DNA from: Octopus bimaculoides | Taxonomy: Eukaryota | Length of the DNA stretch: 33,982 nt | Reading direction: 5' to 3' | NCBI RefSeq assembly: GCF_001194135.2 | Contig: NC_068984.1 | Location: 22,877,602-22,911,583 of the forward strand | In this document: piece by piece, positions 24,002-33,947 of the stretch | Layout of the letters: each line of letters starts with the position of its first letter | Numbering within the stretch: position 1 is the first letter of the stretch | Made by a program: the position numbers and the translations under genes | Notes under the pieces: model-generated | Seen by the model: the letters and a program-made list of their open reading frames with translations, nothing else | Told to the model about the DNA's origin: nothing | The model's database searches: none

Positions 24002-24147
24002 ACAGCCTTTCATTTTGAGAATCGAAACCGTATCCTCAGACCTCACCATTGCAAACGTATGTGAAGGGAGCTCTGCCCAGCCGATACTCTATCATCGTTA
24101 GTGTACGTAAGGTTCATTAATGCCTTCATACACTTACATCTATATTT

Positions 24148-24217
24148 TAACGACTTACTTGCAGTTCCGCCATACTTGCTACAGTTGTTATATACAACTG
24201 CGGCAAGTAAGTCGTTA
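24148..24217. repeat. Nested inverted repeat / hairpin
   Basis: taacgacttacttgc (24148-24162) is the exact reverse complement of gcaagtaagtcgtta (24203-24217); inner stem cagttgt-tatat-acaactg (24182-24200). Confidence 0.85.
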
Positions 24218-25881
24218 CAAACGTCTATGCAAATTATGACATCCATTTCTGCTTTTTAATCTTTTGCCCACTAACATTATCCACAGTCAACATAATTACC
24301 AAACACCCGACATACGCTAACACTAGTAACAACGACACTGAGAACAGTTTTTTTAACGGGGACATAATGACTTAATCTCATTCAACAGTACCAAAGTAAA
24401 ATCACTACTCATACCAAGGTAATGAAATTGCGAACAACCTGAAAATGTCGTGAACAACGGAACTGAAACTTTCAAAGCCACAATAAATTTTAGGCTTCAC
24501 AATGTGTAGTGATTTATTATGTCTCCCGCTTCCCTCCTTCACAGATATACAACATCACAAGCACCACATCACAAAGACTTAAAATTCACTTTAGAATTAT
24601 GGCATATTTCAGCTCTGATCAATAGCTGACTGCTACAACACTTAAACAAGATCTACATTAGAATACTGCTCGTGTGCATGGGACAGCTGCTACTGATGAT
24701 GCTGATGCTGCCGTTTCTGCTACTGCCGCTGTCACTGCTGCTTCCACTACTGCGGCTAACACGATCATCCTTAAATTCATCAAGTAATCTGGCCGATTGG
24801 CAATGATTCACATAACTATACCCTGCAATCACTGACTCACGGCGTACAGTTTAATTTCTTTGCTCCCTTCTAGCACTTTTAGGTGTATATTGTTCGTGAG
24901 TAGGGTGTGTATAATGCCAGTCTTTTTCCATGAAATGTATAGCGATTGTTTTGGTGGTGTTCGACATAACCAAAATGTCATCTCCTCTTTAGAAAGATAT
25001 TTCCGAAGTAATCAATTCTTTTAAGTTGTATACGTGTATTTTGAAATGTCACAATTGGGTGCAAATTATATTTATAACTAGAAGGATAAACAGGAATTAA
25101 GGTTGGTCTTACTTGCACAAGAGTTAGTATTGTAAGAAGTAAGTTCTAAAATTGTATTTTTACAGAAAGACAAAAGAGTGTTTGTAACATTACCGAAAGG
25201 TCACATCAAGTTGACAGCGTGCGAGCCCTATTCAATGACAGTTTAATTTTTATAGAGGGAACAGCATTGCTTTTCATCAATACTTACAAGGAAAGCAGAG
25301 AAGTTTCAATTAGGAATGTAAATTTAGGTTTGGAAAAGACGAGAGGGGATCTTTCTAGGTGAGCAGAGCACTGAAATACAATGTTTTTCAAACAGAAGGG
25401 TCAGAAAATTGGATGCAATTTGTATATTTGAAGAGCTAACAAGTCGAGCGATATTCAACGACATATTTTTTTCGATGGTTTTCTATCAGTTTGTCGAGGT
25501 GGGAGGATTTCTCAAGACACCGTTGACAACAGAAATGTGTGAAATCGCGTTTGGGTGATTCGTATAGCATGAAAGATTAAAATATGTGATTTGTGTGTTT
25601 TACTCTACAGATACTGGAGTAGAAGGGAGAAAAGTTTCTAACAATAGCATCACATACACCAATGTATTACAGACGACCCTACCAACTGATATTTAACTAA
25701 TCTACTTGTAGTCACTACACTAAACGGCAGTCGCATTTTCAAATATAACCGAAACAAAATCTTAACTAAATATACTGTAAGAAACAATATCGCTAAAAGT
25801 TCTTTTTTCCAGATTTCTCTATTTGTATTTCTTTCTCAGTAATTCTTGCTGAACACTATATAACTTGGGGTTATATATGTA

Positions 25882-26100
25882 CAGTAATCTCTCGCCATAT
25901 TGCAGTTCACTAATCGCGGTTTATTATTTAAGCTTACGTCGATTCCTCCGTGGTGTTGTTTTTCATCTATGATAAAATAAATATATATAAATTATAAAAA
26001 TTAATTTTTCAAAATATACAGTACGGTTTTTACTTCGCGGATTTCCACCTATCACGGGAAGTTTGGGAACGTAACACCCGCGATATTCGAGGAATTACTG
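25882..26100. mobile_element. Tigger/pogo-type MITE (219 bp)
   Basis: Imperfect TIRs cagtaatctctcgccatattgc and gcgatattcgaggaattactg; TA on both flanks (25880-25881, 26101-26102); AT-rich non-coding interior. Confidence 0.75.
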
Positions 26101-26689
26101 TATCCAGATTTGAGGATGTTTCCTTTTATTTTTTTTTTCTTTAATTCTTGAAACAAAACAAAACTAAAACATAACAACTTAGAAATGCAAAATTCTCTAG
26201 TGATAATAGCCTTGATTTCTTATATACGTGCAAGCCAATGATTTTATCGATTTTATCGAATTCAATATTTCACTGGCACTTACAATATCGATACTAGATA
26301 TCTGAAAATTCCAATGGAATTTGAGATCACCATATAAAGGTACGTGACTAAATTTGTTTTAATAATCTAACNNNNNNNNNNNNNNNNNNNNNNNNNNNNN
26401 NNNNNNNNNNNNNNNNNNNNNNNNNNNNNNNNNNNNNNNNNNNNNNNNNNNNNNNNNNNNNNNNNNNNNNNNNNNNNNNNNNNNNNNNNNNNNNNNNNNN
26501 NNNNNNNNNNNNNNNNNNNNNNNNNNNNNNNNNNNNNNNNNNNNNNNNNNNNNNNNNNNNNNNNNNNNNNNNNNNNNNNNNNNNNNNNNNNNNNNNNNNN
26601 NNNNNNNNNNNNNNNNNNNNNNNNNNNNNNNNNNNNNNNNNNNNNNNNNNNNNNNNNNNNNNNNNNNNNNNNNNNNNNNNNNNNNNNNN

Positions 26690-26706
26690 TGATGATGACG
26701 ACGACG

Positions 26707-26737
<31 letters not shown>

Positions 26738-26759
26738 TGATGATGATGATGATGATGAA

Positions 26760-26817
<58 letters not shown>

Positions 26818-26828
26818 GTGATGATGAT
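26690..26828. repeat. (GAT)n/(GAC)n trinucleotide array
   Basis: Read directly; abuts a gap. Confidence 0.95.
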
Positions 26829-27190
26829 GCAATCATCCTGGTATAGGCGGGGTCTTCTAAGTATAGACTCAGCATCCAAGATCTCACTAAACCTCAAAAG
26901 TAATTACCCTCTCCAGTTTTACTCTTTACCTTACAGGCTTATAATTCATGTGGAACCATCCTCTCCGGCTTTTCTCGCCGCTTTCACCTATCTTTCAATA
27001 AATTCACTCGAGGACGGCACTTTCTTCTCCGTCCTCACCTTTCTTTTCAGATGAAACTTCAAGCAGCCAATGAGTGCTTTACCAAAGAAGAGATTATCCC
27101 TCACTATATTTTATTTTTTAGCCTTACCCACACAGTACAACTTATTTCGCTACAGCTACCTGACAGAGGAAAACTGCCTTTACTGCTCAG
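26826..27190 (+). mobile_element. Old interspersed repeat, copy 2, with residual non-LTR RT-like coding
   Basis: Shares gatgcaatc.tcctg, catccaagat, cttacaggcttata, ttcaataaa and gacagaggaaaa in order with the reverse complement of 22445-22800; translates DLTKPQK..VLLFTLQAY. Confidence 0.5.
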
Positions 27191-27249
27191 TTAAAGGTAA
27201 GTGCGAAGGAATCATCCCGACTCATGCTGGTTTTCTTATACGAAACTAT

Positions 27250-27307
27250 ATTTGATACGAAACTATATTCCAGACAAGCATTTGATACGAAACTATATTC
27301 CAGACAA
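27250..27307 (+). repeat. 30-bp tandem duplication (atttgatacgaaactatattccagacaagc)
   Basis: First unit 27250-27279; the second matches exactly for 28 nt. Confidence 0.9.
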
Positions 27308-28062
27308 ACTAAAGAAAATTTGTCATTTCAAGAAGGAAATTGATATTCCGTTTCACTGGTTCAATAGGTGCAAAATACTACTCGAAAAAGCGAACAAACG
27401 CCATGATAACGTGCTTCAACCTATATGATCTGAAATAAATATTTCAAGCCACTGTAAAATAAGAACTAGCATGTGAACGTAAAACTTCAAGGAAACAATC
27501 TAACAAAAATTAATAGAATATTTTAGCATCGAAATAGACTCACAAAAGAACTGATTTCAGAATTGTCCATAAATAAAAAATATCATGTTTTATAATCAAA
27601 ATTGCTATACCGATATCGCTATCCTTGTAATATTACCCTTAAAGAATTCGGTAAACATTATTATTACTTAGAGCTGAGGATGTAATCTGTAATTGACTGG
27701 AGTTCTTTCCAAGAAAACAGTTATCTTTCTTCTGTTGCACGCTATGAAACCGGAGCTAAATAACGGTTTTCAAGGTACATATTTTTCAGTTTATTTTTAC
27801 TCAGAACTTTAATGTAAACTTTCAAAGATGAGAGAAAGAGGTAGAAATTTGATGATAGTGATAGTGGAAGCAATATTCTCCATTTCTATGAAGCTTTGTT
27901 CTGTTTCAAACAAGAAAAATTAGTATTAACAAAACCACAAAAAAAGCTACACTACTTGAAACTTTTAATATCATGTGAGTAATTTTTGTCTTTCAGACAT
28001 GATGGAGAGAAACCGAATTTACACTTCCCAGAAATTAACACAGATTCTGCATCGTAAATAGA

Positions 28063-28146
<84 letters not shown>
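28063..28146. repeat. (AAT)n microsatellite directly at the 3' end of a minus-strand SINE
   Basis: Read directly. Confidence 0.95.
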
Positions 28147-28312
28147 CCTTTTTACTATAGGCACAAGGCCTGAAATTTGGGGAAGGGGATAGTCGATTAC
28201 ATCGACCCAAGTGTTCCACTGGTGCTTAATTTATCGACCCCCGAAAGGATGAAAGGCAAAGTCTGCTTCGGCGGAATATGAACTCAGAACGTAGTGACGG
28301 GCGAAATACTGG
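28147..28312 (-). mobile_element. tRNA-derived SINE, family A, head truncated
   Basis: taggcacaaggcctgaaatttgggg..tcgattacatcgaccc..tttatcgacccccgaaaggatgaaaggcaaagtc..gaactcagaacgtag. Confidence 0.92.
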
Positions 28313-28333
28313 ATAATGATAATAATAATAATA

Positions 28334-28540
28334 GCTTCAAATTTTGGCATAGTGCCAGCAATTTCGGACTAAGTTAAGTCAATTACAACAATTCCAGTGC
28401 TCAATTGCTATATACTTATTTCATCGACCACGAAAGGGATGAAAGGTAAAGTCGACCTCAGCGGAATTTGAACTCAGAAGTACCGCAATTTGAACTGACG
28501 AAATACCACAAATAATTTTGTCCAGCGTGCTAACGATTCT
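28334..28540 (-). mobile_element. tRNA-derived SINE, family A, variant tail
   Basis: Core atgaaaggtaaagtcgacctcagcggaatttgaactcagaa and head agcgtgctaacgattct; tail of the type seen at 21320. Confidence 0.88.
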
Positions 28541-28748
28541 TTTCTACTCTAGGCATAAGGCCTGAAATTTTGGGAAAGCGGACCAGTCGATTAGATCGAC
28601 CCCAATACGCAACTGGTACTTAATTTATCGACCCCGAAAGGATGAGAGGCAAAGTTGACCTCGGCGGAATTTGACCTCAGAACATAAAGACAGACGAAAT
28701 ATCGCTAAGCATTTCGCTCGGCGTGCTAACGTTTCTACCAGCTCGACG
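28541..28748 (-). mobile_element. tRNA-derived SINE, family A, near full length
   Basis: Reverse complement is close to 32571-33000 from head (gctggtagaaacgttagcacgccg) to tail (ggccttatgcctagagtagaaa). Confidence 0.93.
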
Positions 28749-29427
28749 GAGACAATTTAACAAGGCTTCAATGGATTAAACTGAACATAGTTCATTATTC
28801 GTTCGATTATACAACCTCGGAGAGATGAAAGACACTATTTTACTGTTTCCCAGATTCAGAAGGAGTTGTAAAACTGAAACCCATTCTTATTAGAAAAGTA
28901 ACATTCCAATATTGCAAGAAATTCTTGAAAATAGGAAAGTAAATAATAAGAAAAAAGTACTAATATGTTTTTAGATAAGGAAGCGAAGATAGATAATTAT
29001 ACCAAACACAAACACATGTGAATTAATTAACTTGTCGATTTAGAATAAACAAAGGAAAGAAAATGTTAGAAATTAATATTATAGAAGAATTTGATTAGTA
29101 CTTAGAACAGATAAATACATAAAAGGCAAAAATAAGGTAATAGATTTCAATATTCTAGCTATTTCAATGACGTGTTACAGATATGTCTCAACTACAAGAT
29201 AAATACATTAGAAAGACTAGATATATATTGAAGAAAGATGTTGACTACATTTAGAATACATACCGGGACAGAAATATTATAGTTACTACGAATATACAAG
29301 CAAGAAGAGGTCATCTGCAACTAGAAATGTCTACTGTCGGGCCACAAGTGCATCTAATAAGAATAGCCCGAAATACTACTCAGAGATGAAAAAAAAAATA
29401 GTGTACAAAATGAAACAAAAATATATT

Positions 29428-29578
29428 AATCTTTATATCAAACTTAACGTGGATGTTTTGTTAGAAAGCCCAATATTGCGGTATTCGCCTTGAGTGGTCC
29501 TCTCAAAACTTCTCAAGGCGAATACCGCAATATTGGGCTTTCTAACAAAACATCCACGTTAAGTTTGATATGAAGATT
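29428..29578. repeat. Long near-perfect inverted repeat: 67-bp arms, 17-nt spacer
   Basis: 29428-29494 versus the reverse complement of 29512-29578 match 66/67; the only difference is T29434 opposite G29572. Confidence 0.98.
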
Positions 29579-29771
29579 GCCTTTTGATATTGATACTCCT
29601 TTTGTCATTAATGATTATGCTTTTTAAAAATTAATGTTTTTCAGTCTTCAGGGAATCCAGCAAATATAAAAATGAGACTAAGAGAACAGACACCTGTGAG
29701 AATAGAGAGAAAAAAAGGACGTATAAAAATTTATGAAATAAATAAAAAAACGTGGCTCAATGTGATGCTGA

Positions 29772-29828
29772 CAAGGAAAAGTCTAATTATGGATAATCCA
29801 AGGAAAAGTCTAATTATGGATAATCCAA
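29772..29828 (+). repeat. 27-bp perfect tandem duplication (caaggaaaagtctaattatggataatc)
   Basis: Units 29772-29798 and 29799-29825 followed by caa. Confidence 0.95.
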
Positions 29829-30949
29829 ACAGACTGGACAAAGCAGAAAAGGGTTAAGGACAATTACCAAAATCATTATTGTAGAAACTGTAAAGAAACA
29901 GTCAATTACATTGTTTCTTTAAAAAAAAAACAGATCTTAATTACAAAAATCTACATAAATAGTCATGTTTGTGTTGAGGGCTTCCCACATTAAGGACTAG
30001 ACTAATGTTGTGGAATAATTAAAGAGAAAGTCGGAGAAAGTACATTTAACAAAATGTCTTATCAAATTCCAAAATCGCATACTCTAGAATATGTTGATTT
30101 ACAGAGAGGTGAAGATTATGGTAACTCGTTCTAGATATTATTAACAAAGATCATTAGCAAAAAGAATACCTTCTAATCGATGTATCGGTTCTAACAGACA
30201 GCAATATATATCTCTAAAAGACATGGAGAGACTATCAAAATATAAAAACTTATATAAATATATCCAGAATGTAGAGATCGAAAAGAGAAAGTTTTCTTAA
30301 ATCCTTGGGAATGTTAAAAAGAGATATGTACAGATATATGACTAAGTCTCAAGCCTCAGCGCACACATAGACACAACATCGAGGGTCATATATATATTAT
30401 GTTCAGTTCTTTTGAGAGGACAGTTTCAAAATACGCAAATCAAAACACCAGGCACACTCAATAACAGCATTAAATCCTTCATTAACAATAAAACTACTGA
30501 ATAAAGATTTCAGACATTAACGCAATGCCAGAAATATGGTAGAACGGCAGTCTATAAATTCACTTCTCAGCTCCGAACATTTGAAATGCAAATCCTGCAC
30601 GGACGTCCTTTTAGTCATAAGTCCTTTTATTCTAATAGCTTCTTTTCTCCAACTGCTGCTCTCTGGAAGTCACCACCATCGTCTTACTTTTCTCTGGTCT
30701 ATGATGTTCAGTTCTTTAAGCTTTCTGTCAATGGACATCTTTTGATTGTGTAATCTCTTTGTCCTTCCTTTTAGTCCTTTACTCTACAGTAGCCTCAAGC
30801 CTTGTTTAAGGCAATGTCGTTAATAAAACAATTTTCTTCTTAATAAAACGTATTTAAGTACCGCCTCAATCACTTCGCCCATTTCACCGGACTCGATTAT
30901 CAATTTTCCCTATGGAATAAAGCAACAAATCTTAATGTATTATAGATTC

Positions 30950-31108
30950 GATTAGAATGACCCGTTACTTAACTGATGTTCATTTTATTTCATTGACCGC
31001 TGGAATGATGAAAGACAAACTTAACTCTGGCTGGATTTGACTTGGGAACAAAATGAAACATAGCTACATACCACAATACATTTTGTCTACCAGTCTAATG
31101 ATTTTACT
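30950..31108 (-). mobile_element. Highly diverged family A SINE
   Basis: cattgaccgctggaatgatgaaagacaaacttaactctggctggatttgacttggga..cattttgtctaccagtctaatgatt corresponds loosely to the family core and head. Confidence 0.5.
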
Positions 31109-31114
31109 ATATGC

Positions 31115-31116
<2 letters not shown>

Positions 31117-31203
<87 letters not shown>
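31117..31203. repeat. (AAT)n microsatellite
   Basis: Read directly. Confidence 0.95.
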
Positions 31204-31204
<1 letters not shown>

Positions 31205-31404
31205 GTAGTAGTATTAGTGGTAATAATAGCTACACGAAGAAGAGGAAGTACAATAATGGTTATCTTACTAATAATGAAATTGATAAGGCAAACTGGAAGT
31301 AATTATCAAGAAGCGAAGATTTTCATTAATGAATCTATAGGAGGAAAAAATGGATAATTATTTCCAGCATCGCAAAAACAAAAGAAAAGAATCAAGAAAA
31401 GCAT

Positions 31405-31406
31405 AA

Positions 31407-31442
<36 letters not shown>

Positions 31443-31447
31443 AATAT

Positions 31448-31478
<31 letters not shown>

Positions 31479-31481
31479 AAA
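31405..31481. repeat. (GAAA)n microsatellite
   Basis: Read directly. Confidence 0.9.
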
Positions 31482-31823
31482 ATTTTTCCATTTTGTTATC
31501 CTGCCAAACTGCCTCAACCACACAACTTGAAGGCTACACCTCTAAACATCCCTACCCCTCACCACTTATTACTATATACTACCAATTATATAATTATCTA
31601 GTATTACACACAGAATAAACACATCCATGTATACAGGCTAAGCACAGTCACTTAAGATCGATACACTATTGTACATTTATTTTTACAACTAAGATACACA
31701 GCTACATCGTAATACACCAGCAAATATCCCCACAGCCATATGACGCAATATGATGCCATCCCTCCATAAATTACCATTCTATATTTTACTACAACATCCA
31801 CCACTATAATACCTCACCATTGC

Positions 31824-31867
<44 letters not shown>

Positions 31868-31872
31868 GTAGG

Positions 31873-31930
<58 letters not shown>

Positions 31931-31950
31931 CGCATACATATATATATGAG

Positions 31951-32008
<58 letters not shown>

Positions 32009-32020
32009 TGTGTGTGTGTG
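31824..32020. repeat. (GATA)n followed by (TG)n
   Basis: Read directly. Confidence 0.95.
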
Positions 32021-32570
32021 AATATGCACAATATTACTAGAGGCATGACAAGAGAAGACAAGAGTGACATCGCCCGCGAGCGCAGTCTTGAAGTGTCTCA
32101 AAATTTCTTTATTGCTTATCATACCTGTTAATTAAGATTAAGATGTGGGGAGGGGGACCAAATTGTCTTTTACCTGCAGGCACTGAGAACCTTTGTTACA
32201 CCACTAAGTATTACAACGTCAAACATGCAACATGTACCGCCAAACCCAACACCATCGTTACACATCAGTCTACAACACCATCTCTAGAAGCTCTGCATGT
32301 TGGGATATTTAGTGTAGTCGTTGAGCGACACAGGAACAAAATATATTCTGGAAGATGACCCTGGAATTCAGGCCACGCTCTTCGATCGATCCTTTGCAGG
32401 CCACAGGTCTGCCGAAACAGGGTTGACATGGAGCAGCACAACAACAACAGCAACAACAGCAATAATCTCTAAAATACAACACCATCATACGCCACCATAA
32501 TTACCTCTACTCTAGGCCACCGTATTCCATACGCTACCATCGTTGTATTCCAATATACCACTCCACCTAA

Positions 32571-32803
32571 GGCGGCGAGCTGGCAGAAACGTTAGCACGC
32601 CGGGCGAAATGCTTAGCAGTATTTCGTCTGCCGCTACGTTCTGAGTTCAAATTCCGCCGAGGTTGACTTTGCCTTTCATCCTTTCGGGGTCGATTAAATA
32701 AGTACCAGTTACGCACTGAGGTCGATATAATCAACTTAATCCGTTTGTCTGTCCTTGTTTGTCCCCTCTGTGTGCAGCCCCTTGTGGGCAGTAAAGAAAT
32801 AAG
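32571..32803 (+). mobile_element. tRNA-derived SINE, family A, full length, little diverged
   Basis: ggcggcgagctggcagaaacg head (A-box-like), gagttcaaattcc (B-box-like, 32643-32655), core gactttgcctttcatcctttcggggtcga, tail gcagccccttgtgggcagtaaagaaataag. Confidence 0.95.
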
Positions 32804-32804
32804 T

Positions 32805-33000
32805 AACGTTAGCACGCCGGGCGAAATGCTTAGCAGTATTTCGTCTGTCTTTACATTCTGATTTCAAATTCTGCCGAGGTCGACTTTGCTTTTCATCCTT
32901 TCGGGGCCAATAAATTAAGTGCCACTTGCGTACTGGGGTCCATCTAATTGACAGGCCCCTCCCCAAAAATTTCGACCCTTGTGCCTAGAGTAGAAGAGAA
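32805..33000 (+). mobile_element. tRNA-derived SINE, family A, 5'-truncated, directly after the previous copy, with a different tail
   Basis: Starts aacgttagcacgccgggcgaaatgcttagc; ends cccttgtgcctagagtagaagagaa. Confidence 0.93.
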
Positions 33001-33399
33001 TATACAACTCCTCCTCTATGTACACTAAAAACAACAAACCAACAACCACTAACACTAAAATACACAACAAACACCAACTCTATATTGCCACAATCACCAC
33101 TACGATACACTCTACACACGTTCACTTCCACGCCAACACTAACGCTGTATTTGCTGGTCTGCAAACAAATTAGCATTGTCGAAGGTTGGAAAATAGTTTT
33201 AAAACCAGAATAGAGACATTGTGTCCTAATTTCTGCAGCAAAGAGAAATCTTCAACAGATAATAATGCTGTTTTGCCTGTAGGAATAATAAGTACACCAC
33301 TTTCAATTAATAACAATGTTAAAATTAGATTTGCACACATCAATCAGTGTTTGAAAATTTCGCTTACGTTTTCTTTCTTTCTTTCTACCATTCGTATAC

Positions 33400-33655
33400 A
33401 TGCATACACACATACATATACACATGCATACACACACATACAGACATACACGCCACACATATACATACATACACGCCACACACATACATACATGTACACA
33501 TACATACATGTGTGCGCGCGTGTGTGTCTTCATTTACCTATTTTGTCTGGTTTGTTATGTTATGTATGCGCGTACATGCATACATATGTGTACGTTCGTG
33601 TGTGTATGTGCGCGTGAGTGTGTGTATGTATGTGTATATTGGTATGTACATGTGT
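33400..33655. repeat. Degenerate (CA/TACA)n and (TG/TATG)n arrays
   Basis: Read directly. Confidence 0.85.
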
Positions 33656-33829
33656 ATTCTAGTGCGTTGAAGCAAGGTGTATGTGTGAGCTTAGTACGTA
33701 GGTAACTGAAAGAACAGTAATCCATTCGCCAGACACTGTTAAGAAGGCAGAGAGGCGAAGAATATTGGCATTAAAAGCTGCTAGACACCGAGCTTATTAT
33801 GTCACAGTGCCTATACACATACATAACAT

Positions 33830-33913
33830 ACTATATACTATATACTATATACTATATACTATATACTATATACTATATATATATATATATATTATACATA
33901 TATATATATATGG

Positions 33914-33947
<34 letters not shown>

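Larger units (their letters stand above)
29030..30330 (+). mobile_element. Decayed R4/Dong-like (restriction-like endonuclease) LINE: end of RT, CCHC finger and endonuclease
   Basis: Fragments in the expected order: KVIDFNILAISMTCY (~NKVxAINxLAxPVxxY), LERLDIY*RKMLT, RRGHLQLE, ADKEKS, CRNCKETVNYIVS (~29880-29918), KEYLLIDVSVLTDSNI/SLKDMERLSKYKNL (~30161-30252), SLGMLKR. Confidence 0.7.

Noticed and set aside
24690-24760. Ala/Thr-rich open stretch
   Set aside because: Degenerate (GCT/ACT)n trinucleotide repeat.
24843-24990. Minus-strand GDDILVMSNT resembling an RT YxDD motif, with a gtgagt donor downstream
   Set aside because: Flanking RT motifs are absent and the acceptor is weak.
30640-30790. 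Minus-strand RKLKELNI resembling the CR1/L2 RT C-terminal ERLKELNL motif
   Set aside because: Similarity is too short and degenerate to call without a profile search.
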